DNA of 64,000 nucleotides from Bacillota bacterium (GTDB lineage: Bacteria; Bacillota; Sulfobacillia; RBS10-35; JAJYVN01): the NCBI GenBank assembly GCA_021797775.1, contig JAJZZC010000002.1, forward strand, positions 11,761 through 75,760. Direction: 5' to 3'. Positions within the stretch are counted from its first letter, which is position 1. Each line of letters begins with the position of its first letter. The position numbers were made by a program, and so were the translations under genes. This document shows, piece after piece, positions 1-9,684 of the stretch. The notes under the pieces were generated by a model. The model searched no databases, was not told the DNA's origin, and saw nothing but the letters and a program-made list of their open reading frames with translations.

Positions 1-1
1 G

Positions 2-1228
2 GGCACGGCCTTCTTCACGCTCGGCCGTGGGGGTATGCCGATGATGTATGTAAACCTATTCTGGCTTTTCGGCCACCCAGAGGTCTACATCGTGGTGCTG
101 CCCGCCTTCGGCATCTTCTCCGAGGTGGTCGCCACTTACTCGAGCAAACGGCTCTTCGGATATGGCTCCATGGTGCTCTCGATGACAGCGATCATGGTGC
201 TGGCCTATGGTACCTGGGTACACCACTTCTTCACCATGGGCGCCGGCCCCGCAGTCAACGCATTCTTCGGGCTGTCCACCATGCTGATCGCCATCCCCAC
301 GGGCGTGAAGATCTTCAACTGGATCTTCACGATGTGGGGTGGCCGCGTGCGCTTCAACGTCGCCATGCTCTACGTACTCGCCTTCATCCCCACCTTCGTC
401 CTCGGCGGCGCAACCGGCGTGCTGCTGGCCACCGTGCCCGCCGACTATCAGCTGCACAACACCTACTTCCTCGTGGCGCACTTCCACACCATGCTCATTG
501 GCGGCACCGTCTTCGGGCTACTGGCGGGCACCTACTACTGGTGGCCCAAGATGTTCGGGTACACCCTCGACGAGCGGCAAGGGAAGATCGCCTTCTGGTT
601 GTTCGCCATTGGCTTCTGGGTCACATTTGGCCCGCAGTATCTGCTCGGCTTCGCCGGTATGACGCGGCGTATGTACACCTATCCCCTCGGGCTCGGCTGG
701 CACGGGCTGAACGTCATCTCCACCGTGGGCGCCTTCACCATGGGCGCCGCCTTCCTTGTCCTCGTCTACAACATCCTCTGGAGCATGCGGCACGGCGTGC
801 GCGACCTCAGTGGCGATCCTTGGAACGGTCGCACCTTAGAGTGGTCGTTGCCTTCGCCGGCTCCGGAGTACAACTTCGCGTGCATCCCCGTCGTGCACGA
901 CCGCGACGCCTGGTGGGCGACCAAGCAGGCCCTGCGCCGGGAGTCGGGACAGGAAGACGACGGGAGCCCCGTCGGGCCGCTGCTGCGGCCCGAGGATGTG
1001 GGCGGCCTGCACCTCCCCAAGAACACCGCCTATCCTTTCGTTCTCGGCGCCAGTTTCTTCGTGTTCGGTTTCGGGCTGGTGTTTGAGTGGTGGATCATCG
1101 CTGCCCTCGGCTTCGTGGGCATCGCCTCTACCCTCGTGTACGCCTGGTTCGACCATGACGAACAGCGCCCCGTTCAGGCCGACGTCGTGCGCGACCACGA
1201 GGCGGCCCTGGGGAGGTTGTTGGCTTGA
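2..1228 (+). CDS. Heme-copper terminal oxidase subunit I, C-terminal part (5' end lies outside the window)
   Basis: The frame is open from nt 2. GTAFFTLGRGGMPMMYVNLFWLFGHPEVYIVVLPAFG matches the canonical subunit I motif, followed by HFHTM and many TM helices, including two extra C-terminal helices. I cannot tell Cta from Qox type. Confidence 0.95.
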   Translation, partial: GTAFFTLGRGGMPMMYVNLFWLFGHPEVYIVVLPAFGIFSEVVATYSSKRLFGYGSMVLSMTAIMVLAYGTWVHHFFTMGAGPAVNAFFGLSTMLIAIPTGVKIFNWIFTMWGGRVRFNVAMLYVLAFIPTFVLGGATGVLLATVPADYQLHNTYFLVAHFHTMLIGGTVFGLLAGTYYWWPKMFGYTLDERQGKIAFWLFAIGFWVTFGPQYLLGFAGMTRRMYTYPLGLGWHGLNVISTVGAFTMGAAFLVLVYNILWSMRHGVRDLSGDPWNGRTLEWSLPSPAPEYNFACIPVVHDRDAWWATKQALRRESGQEDDGSPVGPLLRPEDVGGLHLPKNTAYPFVLGASFFVFGFGLVFEWWIIAALGFVGIASTLVYAWFDHDEQRPVQADVVRDHEAALGRLLA

Positions 1229-1887
1229 GCGGCATCTCGCTCGACGGGCCGGCGCCCGCTCCTGACGCCTGGGCCCACCGCCAGGCGGAGGCCGCACCCG
1301 AGCGGCTGCCCATGGAGTTCGCGGACGAGGAGCAGAGCATCGCCATCACGGGCTTCTGGATGTTTCTCGTGACCGACCTCTTGATCTTCGCGAGCCTCTT
1401 TGCGTCCTACGCCGTGTATAAGCCGATGGTCGCGAACGGCCCCTCGGCCCTGCAGCTTTTCCACCTCGGCCCCGCCCTGCTGGAGACGCTACTCCTCCTC
1501 ACCTCCAGCTTCACCGTGGGCATCGCCGTGTGGTCGATGCGCCGCGGACACCCGCGGGCCATGGTGGCGTGGATGATCCTGACTATGCTGCTAGGCATGG
1601 GCTTCGTGGGCACCGAGTTGCACGAGTTCATCGGCGACATCGGTATCGGGGCCTCGTGGCACACCAGCGCCTTCCTGTCGGCCTTCTTCCTGCTTGTCAG
1701 CACCCACGGGATCCACGTCACCTTTGGCATCCTCTGGGCGCTGGCCTTGTTACTTCAGGTCGCCCGGCGCGGGCTGAACCCAGTGACGGCTCGCAAGATC
1801 TATACGTTCTCACTGTACTGGCACTTCCTGGATATCATCTGGGTCTTCATCCTCACCGTCGTCTACCTGGGCGGCAAGGTCGTTTAG
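1225..1887 (+). CDS. Heme-copper oxidase subunit III
   Basis: Contains FWMFLVTDLLIFASLF, HGIHVTFGILW and LYWHFLDIIWVFI motifs. The TTG start overlaps the subunit I TGA stop, with GGGAGG 8 nt upstream. Confidence 0.9.
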   Translation: MSGISLDGPAPAPDAWAHRQAEAAPERLPMEFADEEQSIAITGFWMFLVTDLLIFASLFASYAVYKPMVANGPSALQLFHLGPALLETLLLLTSSFTVGIAVWSMRRGHPRAMVAWMILTMLLGMGFVGTELHEFIGDIGIGASWHTSAFLSAFFLLVSTHGIHVTFGILWALALLLQVARRGLNPVTARKIYTFSLYWHFLDIIWVFILTVVYLGGKVV

Positions 1888-1895
1888 CAACGGGC

Positions 1896-1931
1896 CGGCG
1901 CCGGGCGGGCAGGGCACCCGCCCGGCGCGCC
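1896..1931 (+). other. GC-rich hairpin between the subunit III and IV genes (intra-operon attenuator or processing site?)
   Basis: GGCGCCGGGCGGG / CCCGCCCGGCGC form a stem of about 12 bp just after the subunit III stop. No U-tract follows. Confidence 0.35.
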
Positions 1932-2041
1932 CGGTTCCCGGCCACGGGCCGCGATTCGCTCCCGCGAGCGGCACGCGGTGATCGGGGACGGTCTTGCCGC
2001 TCGGAGGCTCTTGAGATGTCGCACGAGGGAGGGCCCCCACG

Positions 2042-2443
2042 GTGGCCACAGTCATTCACAAACCGGAGACGGCGGCGCTGCACGCCCCCGCGGTCGATCA
2101 GTCCGTGCACTTCGAAGAGGGGATCCCGCGCTTTCTGCATCCGCACTTCGCCGAAGAAGGCTTCCCCTGGGTCCAGGTCGGCGGGTACGCCGGTTCGCTG
2201 CTCCTGACCTTCATCGCCTTCGGCCTCGTCGTCCACCACCTGCTGACCCCGACCACGCTGCTGGGCGTCATCATGGCCCTGGCAGCGGGCCAGGCCGCCC
2301 TCCAGCTCGGCGTGTTCATGCACCTGCGCGAGAGCCGTGGGCCGGCCTGGCAGGTCCTTCCGCTTGGGCTCTCCTTCGCCATCGCCATCGGGCTGGTCAT
2401 CGCCTCGCTCTGGATCATGGCGTTCAAGTGGGGAGTCTCCTGA
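2042..2443 (+). CDS. Small oxidase subunit IV (CyoD/QoxD/CtaF COX4_pro family)
   Basis: 133 aa with three predicted TM helices (LLLTFIAFGLVVHHL, LLGVIMALAAGQAALQLGVFMHL, LSFAIAIGLVIASLWIM). It sits directly after subunit III. GTG start with GAGGGAGGG upstream. Confidence 0.75.
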   Translation: MATVIHKPETAALHAPAVDQSVHFEEGIPRFLHPHFAEEGFPWVQVGGYAGSLLLTFIAFGLVVHHLLTPTTLLGVIMALAAGQAALQLGVFMHLRESRGPAWQVLPLGLSFAIAIGLVIASLWIMAFKWGVS

Positions 2444-2769
2444 GCCGTGGTGTCAGCGAGTGGCGCGGCCGTGGTGTGCGGACGGCACGGCCCCCCGGGT
2501 GCGCGCATCGCGCGGAGGGCGGCTACGGTCAAGAGCAGCGGGACGGCCGCGCGGGCGCAACCGTCCCGCTGCCCCACACCGAGCGCACATGGGCCGTCGC
2601 TCCGGTTCCGGCGACGGCGCGCGCCGTGCCAAGGCCGGCGGCCACGGGCGCCCTGGCGCGGCGCAACCCCCCTGCGCCGTGTTTCTCCTGCAATCGGTGG
2701 AAGCGGTCGCCCCGCCCCGCGGGCGCACGGTCCCCTCCGCGCGCCCCTACGCGCATGGGCCCTCTCAGG

Positions 2770-3087
2770 TCAAGCCCCGTGCCTGGCGGCCTGGACGGCC
2801 AGGGCGAGGAGCAGCATGCCGACGCCGAGCAGCACGAAGGCCCAGAGCGCCCAACGGTTGAGCAGCCCCTCGATGCCGGGGGTGGGGGTGGGTTCGGGGT
2901 TCTGCCAAAGCTCCTGGCGGGCCTCGCGCTCCGCCTCGCGCGCGTCGCGGATCGAGCCCCAGAACGCCAGGACGATGGCCGCCGCCCAACAGAGCACGGC
3001 GAAGGCCGCGGTCAACTGCACGAGGCCCGGCGCCGCGCCCCCGACGGGGAAGGCGACGGCGACCATCCGCGCTGGCCCTGAGCCCAT
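2770..3087 (-). CDS. Small two-TM membrane protein, function unknown
   Basis: 105-aa ORF with two hydrophobic helices flanking a charged linker (RDAREAEREARQELW). No recognised family. Confidence 0.45.
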   Translation of the reverse strand: MGSGPARMVAVAFPVGGAAPGLVQLTAAFAVLCWAAAIVLAFWGSIRDAREAEREARQELWQNPEPTPTPGIEGLLNRWALWAFVLLGVGMLLLALAVQAARHGA

Positions 3088-3146
3088 CTCCTCATCACCG
3101 CCTGCAGAGGACGCGCCGCGCGTGGCGCTGAGGCCCTACCCCGGCT

Positions 3147-4169
3147 TCATGCCTCTGCGCGGGCCAGGCTTATGCTGACGCGCTCGCGCCACTCCGCGCC
3201 GGGCGCCAGCTCCAACAGTCCCGTGGGCACACCGCGCCGCTCCAGGTTGAAGGCGTCCGGGACGCAGGTGTACGGCTCCAAGCACACGGCGCCCAGGGTG
3301 CGCGGGCTGTACACGACCCAGTGAGCAAAGGCCGGTCCGGCCTTGACAGTCAAAACAAGACCCGCCGTCGGGTCGAGCAGGTCGGCGTGGCTACAGCCGT
3401 CCCCGTCCAGGTCGAGGAGCGTGAAGGGATCGTCGTACGACTTGTCAGCAAGTCGGCTGCCCTCGCGCAGATCGTAGGGCCCGTGGACCTCCAGGCGCCT
3501 ACCCGTCGGGACGAGGGATGGGGTGAGTTCCCAACGCGCGCGCGCAGCCAGGCGCACGGCGCAATCGCCGCGCGTGCCCCCAGGCAGAAGCGGGACCCGG
3601 AAGTAGGGGTGCCATCCGTAACCGAAAGGGAAGGAGGAAGGGCCTGCGTTCGTCACCCGCACCTCGTGGCCGTACCCCTGCGGTCCCAGACGATGGATGA
3701 CATCCAAGACGTACAGCCCGGGAAAGGCGTTGCCAGAGAGATGGAGCGCGGCGTGCTCCACACGCGTGTGCGCCCACGCGCCCGCGGCGTCCACGCCATA
3801 GCCCACCAGACGCCACGGGACGCTGTGGACGAAGCCGTGCAGTCCGTGGCGGTCCGGCGGTCCGGGAACGCGGTAGCGCTCCCCGCCGTACTCATACTCC
3901 CCGCGGGTGATGCGCCCCGGCCAGGGGAACAGTACCGGGGCGCCACCCGCTAGGCCCGCGCGGGGCAGATCCTCGGCACCGGGCGAAAAGAGGACCTCGA
4001 CCGCCTCCTCGCCGTGAGCGGGTGGGAGCCGTAGGGACGCCAACTGGCTGCCGCTGCCCGGCAGCACCACGCACCGCGCTCCTGCGGGGCCCGTCAGCAC
4101 GGCGGAGTCTAGCAGCGCCGAGCGCGTCACGTGCGCCTCATAACCATCGATTGCGCCCATTCCCTCCAA
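3147..4169 (-). CDS. Aldose 1-epimerase (galactose mutarotase-like) family protein
   Basis: VLFPWPGRITRGEYEYGGERYRVP, HGLHGFV and GYGWHPYF are typical of the aldose-epimerase fold. The start is uncertain (TTG at 4169 or ATG at 4160). Confidence 0.8.
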   Translation of the reverse strand: MEGMGAIDGYEAHVTRSALLDSAVLTGPAGARCVVLPGSGSQLASLRLPPAHGEEAVEVLFSPGAEDLPRAGLAGGAPVLFPWPGRITRGEYEYGGERYRVPGPPDRHGLHGFVHSVPWRLVGYGVDAAGAWAHTRVEHAALHLSGNAFPGLYVLDVIHRLGPQGYGHEVRVTNAGPSSFPFGYGWHPYFRVPLLPGGTRGDCAVRLAARARWELTPSLVPTGRRLEVHGPYDLREGSRLADKSYDDPFTLLDLDGDGCSHADLLDPTAGLVLTVKAGPAFAHWVVYSPRTLGAVCLEPYTCVPDAFNLERRGVPTGLLELAPGAEWRERVSISLARAEA

Positions 4170-4213
4170 CCTGGTTTAAAGGACGTGTCACACCGCGCGC
4201 GCGGTCTTCCACG

Positions 4214-4259
4214 CCGTCCGCCCGACCAGGCTCTCGCCCCTTTCAGCCTTCTGCTTTGC
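4214..4259 (-). repeat. Copy 1 of a conserved ~45-nt upstream motif (partner at 5991..6035)
   Basis: ccgtccgcccgaccagg..tc.cccctttcagcct...gctttgc is shared with 5991..6035. It lies about 45 nt upstream of the epimerase-like start. Confidence 0.7.
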
Positions 4260-4424
4260 TCCTCTGCGGAGCAACAGGCACCAGGCGGACTGAAGGCGGC
4301 GCGGCCGGCCACCCGCCGCACACGCCGGGACTCCCGCCCACACGGGCGAGATGGGGCATGGCCCCCGCTGACTCTCCGCCCCTGCGGAAGCAGACGGTCA
4401 CCGGAGCCGCCCTGCCGCAGGGCA

Positions 4425-5138
4425 TCAGGTGCGCGGCGGCGCGGGAGCACCTATGGCCCAATCGGCCAGCGCCGCGGCGACAGCGCGCACCGCCTGGCCC
4501 CGATGCCCCCGTTGGTCTTTTACCGCCGCTGCCACCTCCGAGAGGCGTCGGCCGTCTTCCAGCAGGAATACGGCGTCGTAACCGAAACCGCCGACGCCCC
4601 GGGCATCGTGGGCGATGCGCCCGAGCACCGCGCCAAAGCCAAAGACAAGGCGTGGCGTCTCGGGGCCGGGCAGGGGCAGGGCCAGGCCGACCACGCACAC
4701 CATACGGGCGGTGCGCCGGTCCTCTGGTACCCCCTGCAGCCGGGCGAGCAGCGCGGCGTTCAAGCCCGCGCCATCGAGCGGCGCGCCCGTAGGGCCCGTA
4801 GCCCAACGATTGGAGCGAACGCCGGGCTCGCCGCCGAGGACGTCGACCTCGATCCCGGAATCGTCGGCCAATACCGCTTCGCCGGGGAAGAGCGCCGCGG
4901 CGGCGCGCATCTTGATCTCGGCGTTGGCCCGGTAGTCGGCCCCGTCCTCTGCTGGCGCGCGGTAGCCGGCGACCCCGCGCAGGCTCTCCACCTCCAGGCG
5001 GGGGGCGCGCTGCCCGATCACAGATCGCACCAGGCGCCGCAGTTCCTCGACCTTGTGGGGGTTGGAACTGGCCAAGCGGAGACGCGGCGCCCCGGCTTCC
5101 AGCGGGTCATCGGCACCCGCGGCGCGGCCCACACTCAC
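4425..5138 (-). CDS. rdgB: Non-canonical purine NTP pyrophosphatase (RdgB/HAM1 family)
   Basis: Contains [27 protein letters not shown] and GFGYDAVF motifs. The GTG start overlaps the rph stop (GTGA). Confidence 0.9.
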   Translation of the reverse strand: MSVGRAAGADDPLEAGAPRLRLASSNPHKVEELRRLVRSVIGQRAPRLEVESLRGVAGYRAPAEDGADYRANAEIKMRAAAALFPGEAVLADDSGIEVDVLGGEPGVRSNRWATGPTGAPLDGAGLNAALLARLQGVPEDRRTARMVCVVGLALPLPGPETPRLVFGFGAVLGRIAHDARGVGGFGYDAVFLLEDGRRLSEVAAAVKDQRGHRGQAVRAVAAALADWAIGAPAPPRT

Positions 5139-5938
5139 GGCGTATCGCCCACGCCGCGCGCTGATCCGAGGCGCGTCGTCGCCTCGGCCTCGCTGGCGCC
5201 GGCACCGATCCCGGCGACCAGCGGGCCGAGCGCCTGCCGCTGCACGGCGATCAGTTCCTGTGTGCCTTTGTGCGCGAGGTCCAGCAGCCGCTGCAGCCGG
5301 ACCCCGTCGAACGGCCGCCGCTCCGCCGTGCCCTGCACCTCGACGAACTGCCCGCCCGCTGTCATCACGACGTTCATGTCCACCTCGGCACGTGCGTCCT
5401 CGGCGTAGGCGAGGTCGAGCACGGCATCACCTTCCACCACGCCGACGCTGACCGCAGCGACGAAGTCCGACACGGGCAGGTGCACGACGTCCCGCGGCTG
5501 ACGCAGGGACCCGAGGGCGACGGCCAGGGCCACGAAGGCCCCCGTCACGGCGGCCGTACGGGTACCGCCGTCGGCCTGCAGGACGTCGCAATCCAGCCAC
5601 ACGGTACGCTCGCCGATGGCCCTGAGGTCCGTCACGGCGCGCAGGCTGCGGCCGATGATCCGCTGGATCTCGACCGTGCGGCCCCCCTGCTTGCCGCGCG
5701 CCGCCTCGCGCGGCGCACGCGCCGCCGTGCTGCGAGGCAGCATCCCGTACTCGGCGGTCAGCCAGCCATGGCCGCTGCCCCGGAGAAAGGGGGGAACCCC
5801 TGTCTCCACCGACGCGGCGCAGACCACGACCGTGTCGCCGAACTCCACCAACGCAGAACCCTCGGCATGCTTCAGAAAGCCGGGGCGGATGCGCACGGGC
5901 CGCATCTCCTCGGGTAGGCGCCCGTCCGGGCGGGTCAT
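5135..5938 (-). CDS. rph: Ribonuclease PH
   Basis: Contains [34 protein letters not shown] and [19 protein letters not shown]. Confidence 0.95.
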   Translation of the reverse strand: MTRPDGRLPEEMRPVRIRPGFLKHAEGSALVEFGDTVVVCAASVETGVPPFLRGSGHGWLTAEYGMLPRSTAARAPREAARGKQGGRTVEIQRIIGRSLRAVTDLRAIGERTVWLDCDVLQADGGTRTAAVTGAFVALAVALGSLRQPRDVVHLPVSDFVAAVSVGVVEGDAVLDLAYAEDARAEVDMNVVMTAGGQFVEVQGTAERRPFDGVRLQRLLDLAHKGTQELIAVQRQALGPLVAGIGAGASEAEATTRLGSARGVGDTP

Positions 5939-5990
5939 GCTGGTACCCTGGTGGCGAAAATGTGTACAGACCGATCTCTGGGCCTGTCAC

Positions 5991-6035
5991 CCGTCCGCCC
6001 GACCAGGATTTCTCCCCTTTCAGCCTGAGCTTTGC
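5991..6035 (-). repeat. Copy 2 of the conserved ~45-nt upstream motif (partner at 4214..4259)
   Basis: The first 17 nt (ccgtccgcccgaccagg) and the cccctttcagcct and gctttgc blocks are identical to copy 1. It lies about 53 nt upstream of the rph ATG. Confidence 0.7.
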
Positions 6036-6655
6036 CATTCGTGGGGCGGTGGACGGCAGGGGGACTTGGGCACCGCGGCATACGCCGTGCACACCGGGAT
6101 CCCCGGCCGGACGGCAGAGCGGACGCGCGACCCGCATCCGTGGCCCGGGTCCGCCCGGTCCCGTGCGACCGCCGGTCGAACTCCCGCAGCCTGTCGGGCC
6201 TTCGGTTTGCCTCCATCCAAGCCCCTCCTGCCCCGACGCGTGCCCGATCCAGGTGCGGCGTCAGTCGCTCCCGCGGCCAGGCGGCCACCACCGCCGACTG
6301 GCTTTTTGCCTACCTCCCCAAAACCGGCGGCCCAACTCCGCTTCGGCCGCGTCTGTGAGCGCCCGCGCGGCCCATCGCCGCGCATCCCTTACTGGCGTTC
6401 TGGGGGCTCGGCGCGACTGCACAGGGCCAGTCTTCCCCGGGGCATCGCCCGCCCCCTCCCTACCGACCAGCCTCTGGGTGGGGTGGGGCGGCGCCAGCCC
6501 GGCGACGGGGGCAGCGCTGCCGCCCTTCGCTCCAAAAGCCCCCTGCGGCACCCGCCAAGGGGTCGCAACCAGAGATGGCCCGGTCGCGGCGGGAGCGCGC
6601 CGCCGCATGCTTCACGCGGTTTCCTCATGCCGGGCGCGGGCTCTGCCCCCGCGGG

Positions 6656-7126
6656 TCAGCCACCGCCCTCCCCGGGCTCACGCCCCACGACGACCTCCAG
6701 GGGGAGCGTCGCGACTGTCCGCCTATCGATCTCCAGGGCCAACTCGTGCCGTCCGGTCTTGCGCAGCGGGACGCTGGCGAACGCCGCGAGCACGGTACAA
6801 CTGGTGAACCCGGCCAGAGGGCGCAAGGCCGTGGGCGGACCGGCGCCGATGACCTGGCCGTCGGGGTCGACGAGGACCAGGCGCGCCTGGTGCTCCCCGG
6901 GCGGCAGCGCCCAGACCTTGGCGCAGCCGCATAGCCGACGGCGAGCGGGAAGCCGATTGACGATCAGTCCGTCCACCAGGTTGTGCAGGTGGACGCGCTG
7001 CCAACTGTCCACCGAAAAGCTCTCGGCCGCGACGAGCGCCGCCTGGGGAGCCAACCCTGTCCAATCCGGCACCATGTCACGGAGGTTCGTCTCCGCCACA
7101 AGTGCACCTGCCTTCGGAGCGGGCAC
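6656..7126 (-). CDS. Hypothetical protein
   Basis: 156-aa ORF with ordinary amino-acid composition. No recognised motif. The start is uncertain (GTG at 7126 lies inside a repeat; ATG at 7075 is an alternative). Confidence 0.45.
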   Translation of the reverse strand: MPAPKAGALVAETNLRDMVPDWTGLAPQAALVAAESFSVDSWQRVHLHNLVDGLIVNRLPARRRLCGCAKVWALPPGEHQARLVLVDPDGQVIGAGPPTALRPLAGFTSCTVLAAFASVPLRKTGRHELALEIDRRTVATLPLEVVVGREPGEGGG

Positions 7127-7390
7127 ACCGGGGTCGCGTCATTCCGGCGGGGGGCCTTCGCCCAGACGGCGCCACGAGCGGGGTGACTTCGGAGCGGTAC
7201 GCCGGTCCGCTCGCGCCTGCCACCGCTTGCTGCGCACAGGTTCGGCGCCTCGATGCGGCCGCGGAGCCCGCGGGTTCACGCGGGCCACTGACGGCCGTAC
7301 GCCGCGAATTCGGCCTGTGGCGCAAGCGACTCGCCCAGAACGACGCGACCCTGGCGGGCACACCGGGGGTAGCGTCATTCTCCTGGGCAC
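7121..7390 (+). repeat. Intergenic repeat element. The 88-nt core (7131..7217) is near-identical to 44142..44229, and the 25-nt head is repeated at 7356..7380
   Basis: Direct comparison shows the core differs from the 44-kb copy by one substitution and one 1-nt indel. gggcacaccggggtcgcgtcattcc recurs as gggcacaccgggggtagcgtcattc 235 nt downstream. Confidence 0.85.
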
Positions 7391-8195
7391 GGTAGCCGGC
7401 GGTGCATGAGGGCGCGCGCAGGAAGCGACGTCGCGGTCGGCCGTGCGGTGGCGCACAGGGACCCCGAGTTGGGCCCCTGCGGCAGACAGCCTACCCTGGT
7501 CCCCTGAGTGGCTTGGCATCCGTGCGCCACGTTCGCGGCGCCGATGGCGGGCCACGGTCACATGCCGGCGGGACGGTTCGTTAGCCAGCACGGCACAACC
7601 CTGTACTTTGCTGTGGCGCGCTTACTCCTACCCTCCGCACTGCCTGATCCTAGGATGCGCCGCTGCCGTCCTGGCGCCGTTGACATCCGTTCACCGTGCC
7701 AAACCGACTGTTGCCGTTGTCGTGGCCAGTTGTTCACCCCCCTTTCCATCACCAGTCGCTTACAGTGCAGAGGACAGTATTACATCACCCCACGGAGCGG
7801 GGATGCCCGTCGCGCGGGCAAGGAGCGGGTGGAGGTGATGGCGCCAGCGGGGGGGCGCAAGCGGCGCCCCTGTGCGCCGCTTGCGCTTGCGCACCGCTCT
7901 CGCACAGGCCCTCGCGCGAAGGACGACGTGAGCGGGGCGGATGCCTGAGGAGCGGCAGTGGGCGGTCCGCCCATGCAGGAACCACACGTTCCGGCGCCAA
8001 AGCGGGGCGAGGTCGCGCGTCGGGGAAACGCTGCCCACGGAATGCGGCGCGGTCCCTCGTCGGGCAGGGCGGCTCGGTGGCGGTCCGCCAGGGAAGGGGG
8101 CCCGTCCGGTGTGGGCTGGTTGGGGGTCGCGGGGAGCACGTCATACCCGCGGCAGCGGGTTGCGCTTCGCCGGGATCACGCTGCGGGGCGGGGCC

Positions 8196-9128
8196 ATGGA
8201 GATCGGCTGGCGGCTACGGCCCGGGGACAGCCCGGGATCGCTCTGCGGGGTACGCCTGCGCGTTGGCGGTGAGTGGCACCCCGTGCAGGTTGTGCCCAGA
8301 GACGATACTGAGGACGAGGCACCGGTAGGCACCTTGCGCGTGCCGCTACCGGAGACCGACCCGCCGTGGAGCATGGAGGGGTACGGGCCCGACGGGCCCT
8401 GGTCCGAAGAGGTGTCCACGGATCCGCTCGTGCTCGACGACTACCGCCAGAGTATGCCCGTCTCGCCCTCGCCAGGGTCGGTCGCGGAACGCGGGGGGGT
8501 GCGCGTGGTGCTGGACCGCCTCGCGGCACGCAGCGACCGGCTCGTGGTCTTCTACACGGTGGACGTGGCGGGAGCCGGGCGGTACGCGCACCAGGTCGCG
8601 ACCCCCACGCTCTCCGTCGGCGGCGAACGATGGCAGGCACTGCCCCCGCCCGTCAGCGCCGATGGACCGCCGTCCGAACGCCCGGTCCGCGACGGCGTGG
8701 CCTACTTCCCCCCCCAACTGGAGGTCGGCGCGCGGGCCGACTTCGCGGTGGCCGAGGTCACCGTGCGTGAACCGCTGGCCCTGCAGACGCGTATCGGCAT
8801 TCCCGACACCCTGCCCGCCATTGTCGAGCCACAGATGGACCTGCCGTCCGGCCACCGCATCGAAGAGGTGGTCTTCACCCGGAACGGTCTGGTCATCCGC
8901 GTGACCGGAGGGGCGGCCATGGAGAGCAGCGTACTGTTCCCGTTACTCCGCACGGATGAGGGACGCACCCTGCTTTCCGCTGGCGGGCTGTCGGGCCCTT
9001 CCTCGACGGTGGCGTTGTTCGGACCCGTGCCGCCCGCCGCGCGTGAACTCGTGCTGGAGCGTGCCCTGATCCACGCAGAGGTGCGCGGCCCGTGGCGGAT
9101 GCGCTTCCCGGTGCCCATGCCGCTGTGA
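8196..9128 (+). CDS. Hypothetical protein, resembling the extracytoplasmic domain of anti-sigma factors (DUF4179/DUF5643-like), with no N-terminal TM or anti-sigma part
   Basis: ATG at 8196 inside ORF 7941..9128. Beta-rich segments (GVRVVLDRLAARSDRLVVFYTVD, HRIEEVVFTRNGLVIRVTG) recall that family. This is recalled similarity only. Confidence 0.5.
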   Translation: MEIGWRLRPGDSPGSLCGVRLRVGGEWHPVQVVPRDDTEDEAPVGTLRVPLPETDPPWSMEGYGPDGPWSEEVSTDPLVLDDYRQSMPVSPSPGSVAERGGVRVVLDRLAARSDRLVVFYTVDVAGAGRYAHQVATPTLSVGGERWQALPPPVSADGPPSERPVRDGVAYFPPQLEVGARADFAVAEVTVREPLALQTRIGIPDTLPAIVEPQMDLPSGHRIEEVVFTRNGLVIRVTGGAAMESSVLFPLLRTDEGRTLLSAGGLSGPSSTVALFGPVPPAARELVLERALIHAEVRGPWRMRFPVPMPL

Positions 9129-9684
9129 GGGCCGCATCCTGGCCGGAAGTGCTGAAGCGCGCCGCAGCACCGACCGCGACGGAGGCGGCCCTCCGCCCGA
9201 AGTTGACCGAGGCCGCCCCGCCCCGGCCGGGAAGGGGCTCGCCATCAGCGACCAATGGAACTCTCTCAACGCACTGCCGGTCGTGCCGTCATGGCCGCGC
9301 CAGCGAGGCGCAGACCCGTGGCGTGCCTTGCCTGCCCTTGCGGCACGCGCTTCGATCACCGCCCCGTCCTCGCCACCCCGCCTGCCGATGTGGTGTCAAC
9401 TGCTGCCCGATTTGCGAGACAAACCGCGACAGCCGTCGTTCGTGCCGCCCCAATCCGGCTTGCGCCGGTCGCCCCTGGTTCCTTCCCACATGCCGGGGGA
9501 GGAGCCGACCCCATACGCACGAGTGGGGTCGACGGGCCATTGGGAGTCGTCCCGCGCCTCTCGCGGCAAGCCGCTTTGCGCACTCACGCGGGACCAGCAA
9601 CCAGCCCCACCACTCTGGCCAGCGCCTTCCGGCGCCAGCCGCAAGGGCATCAGGCCGCAGGGGCATCCGCGGCTCCACCTGACG

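Noticed and set aside
4131-5408. 425-aa plus-strand ORF
   Set aside because: It is antisense to the clearly recognisable rdgB and rph genes.
7400-7800. Cobalamin-riboswitch-like snippets (GGTGAAC..., AAGCCACTCAGGGGACC) on the minus strand
   Set aside because: The core B12 box and the GCCACTG/CTGTAA elements do not align in order, and the downstream gene is unrelated to cobalamin.
7826-7835. 10-nt match (GGTGGAGGTG) to the ssrA 3' end as a possible distal att site
   Set aside because: It is too short to distinguish from chance in GC-rich DNA, and the flanks do not align.
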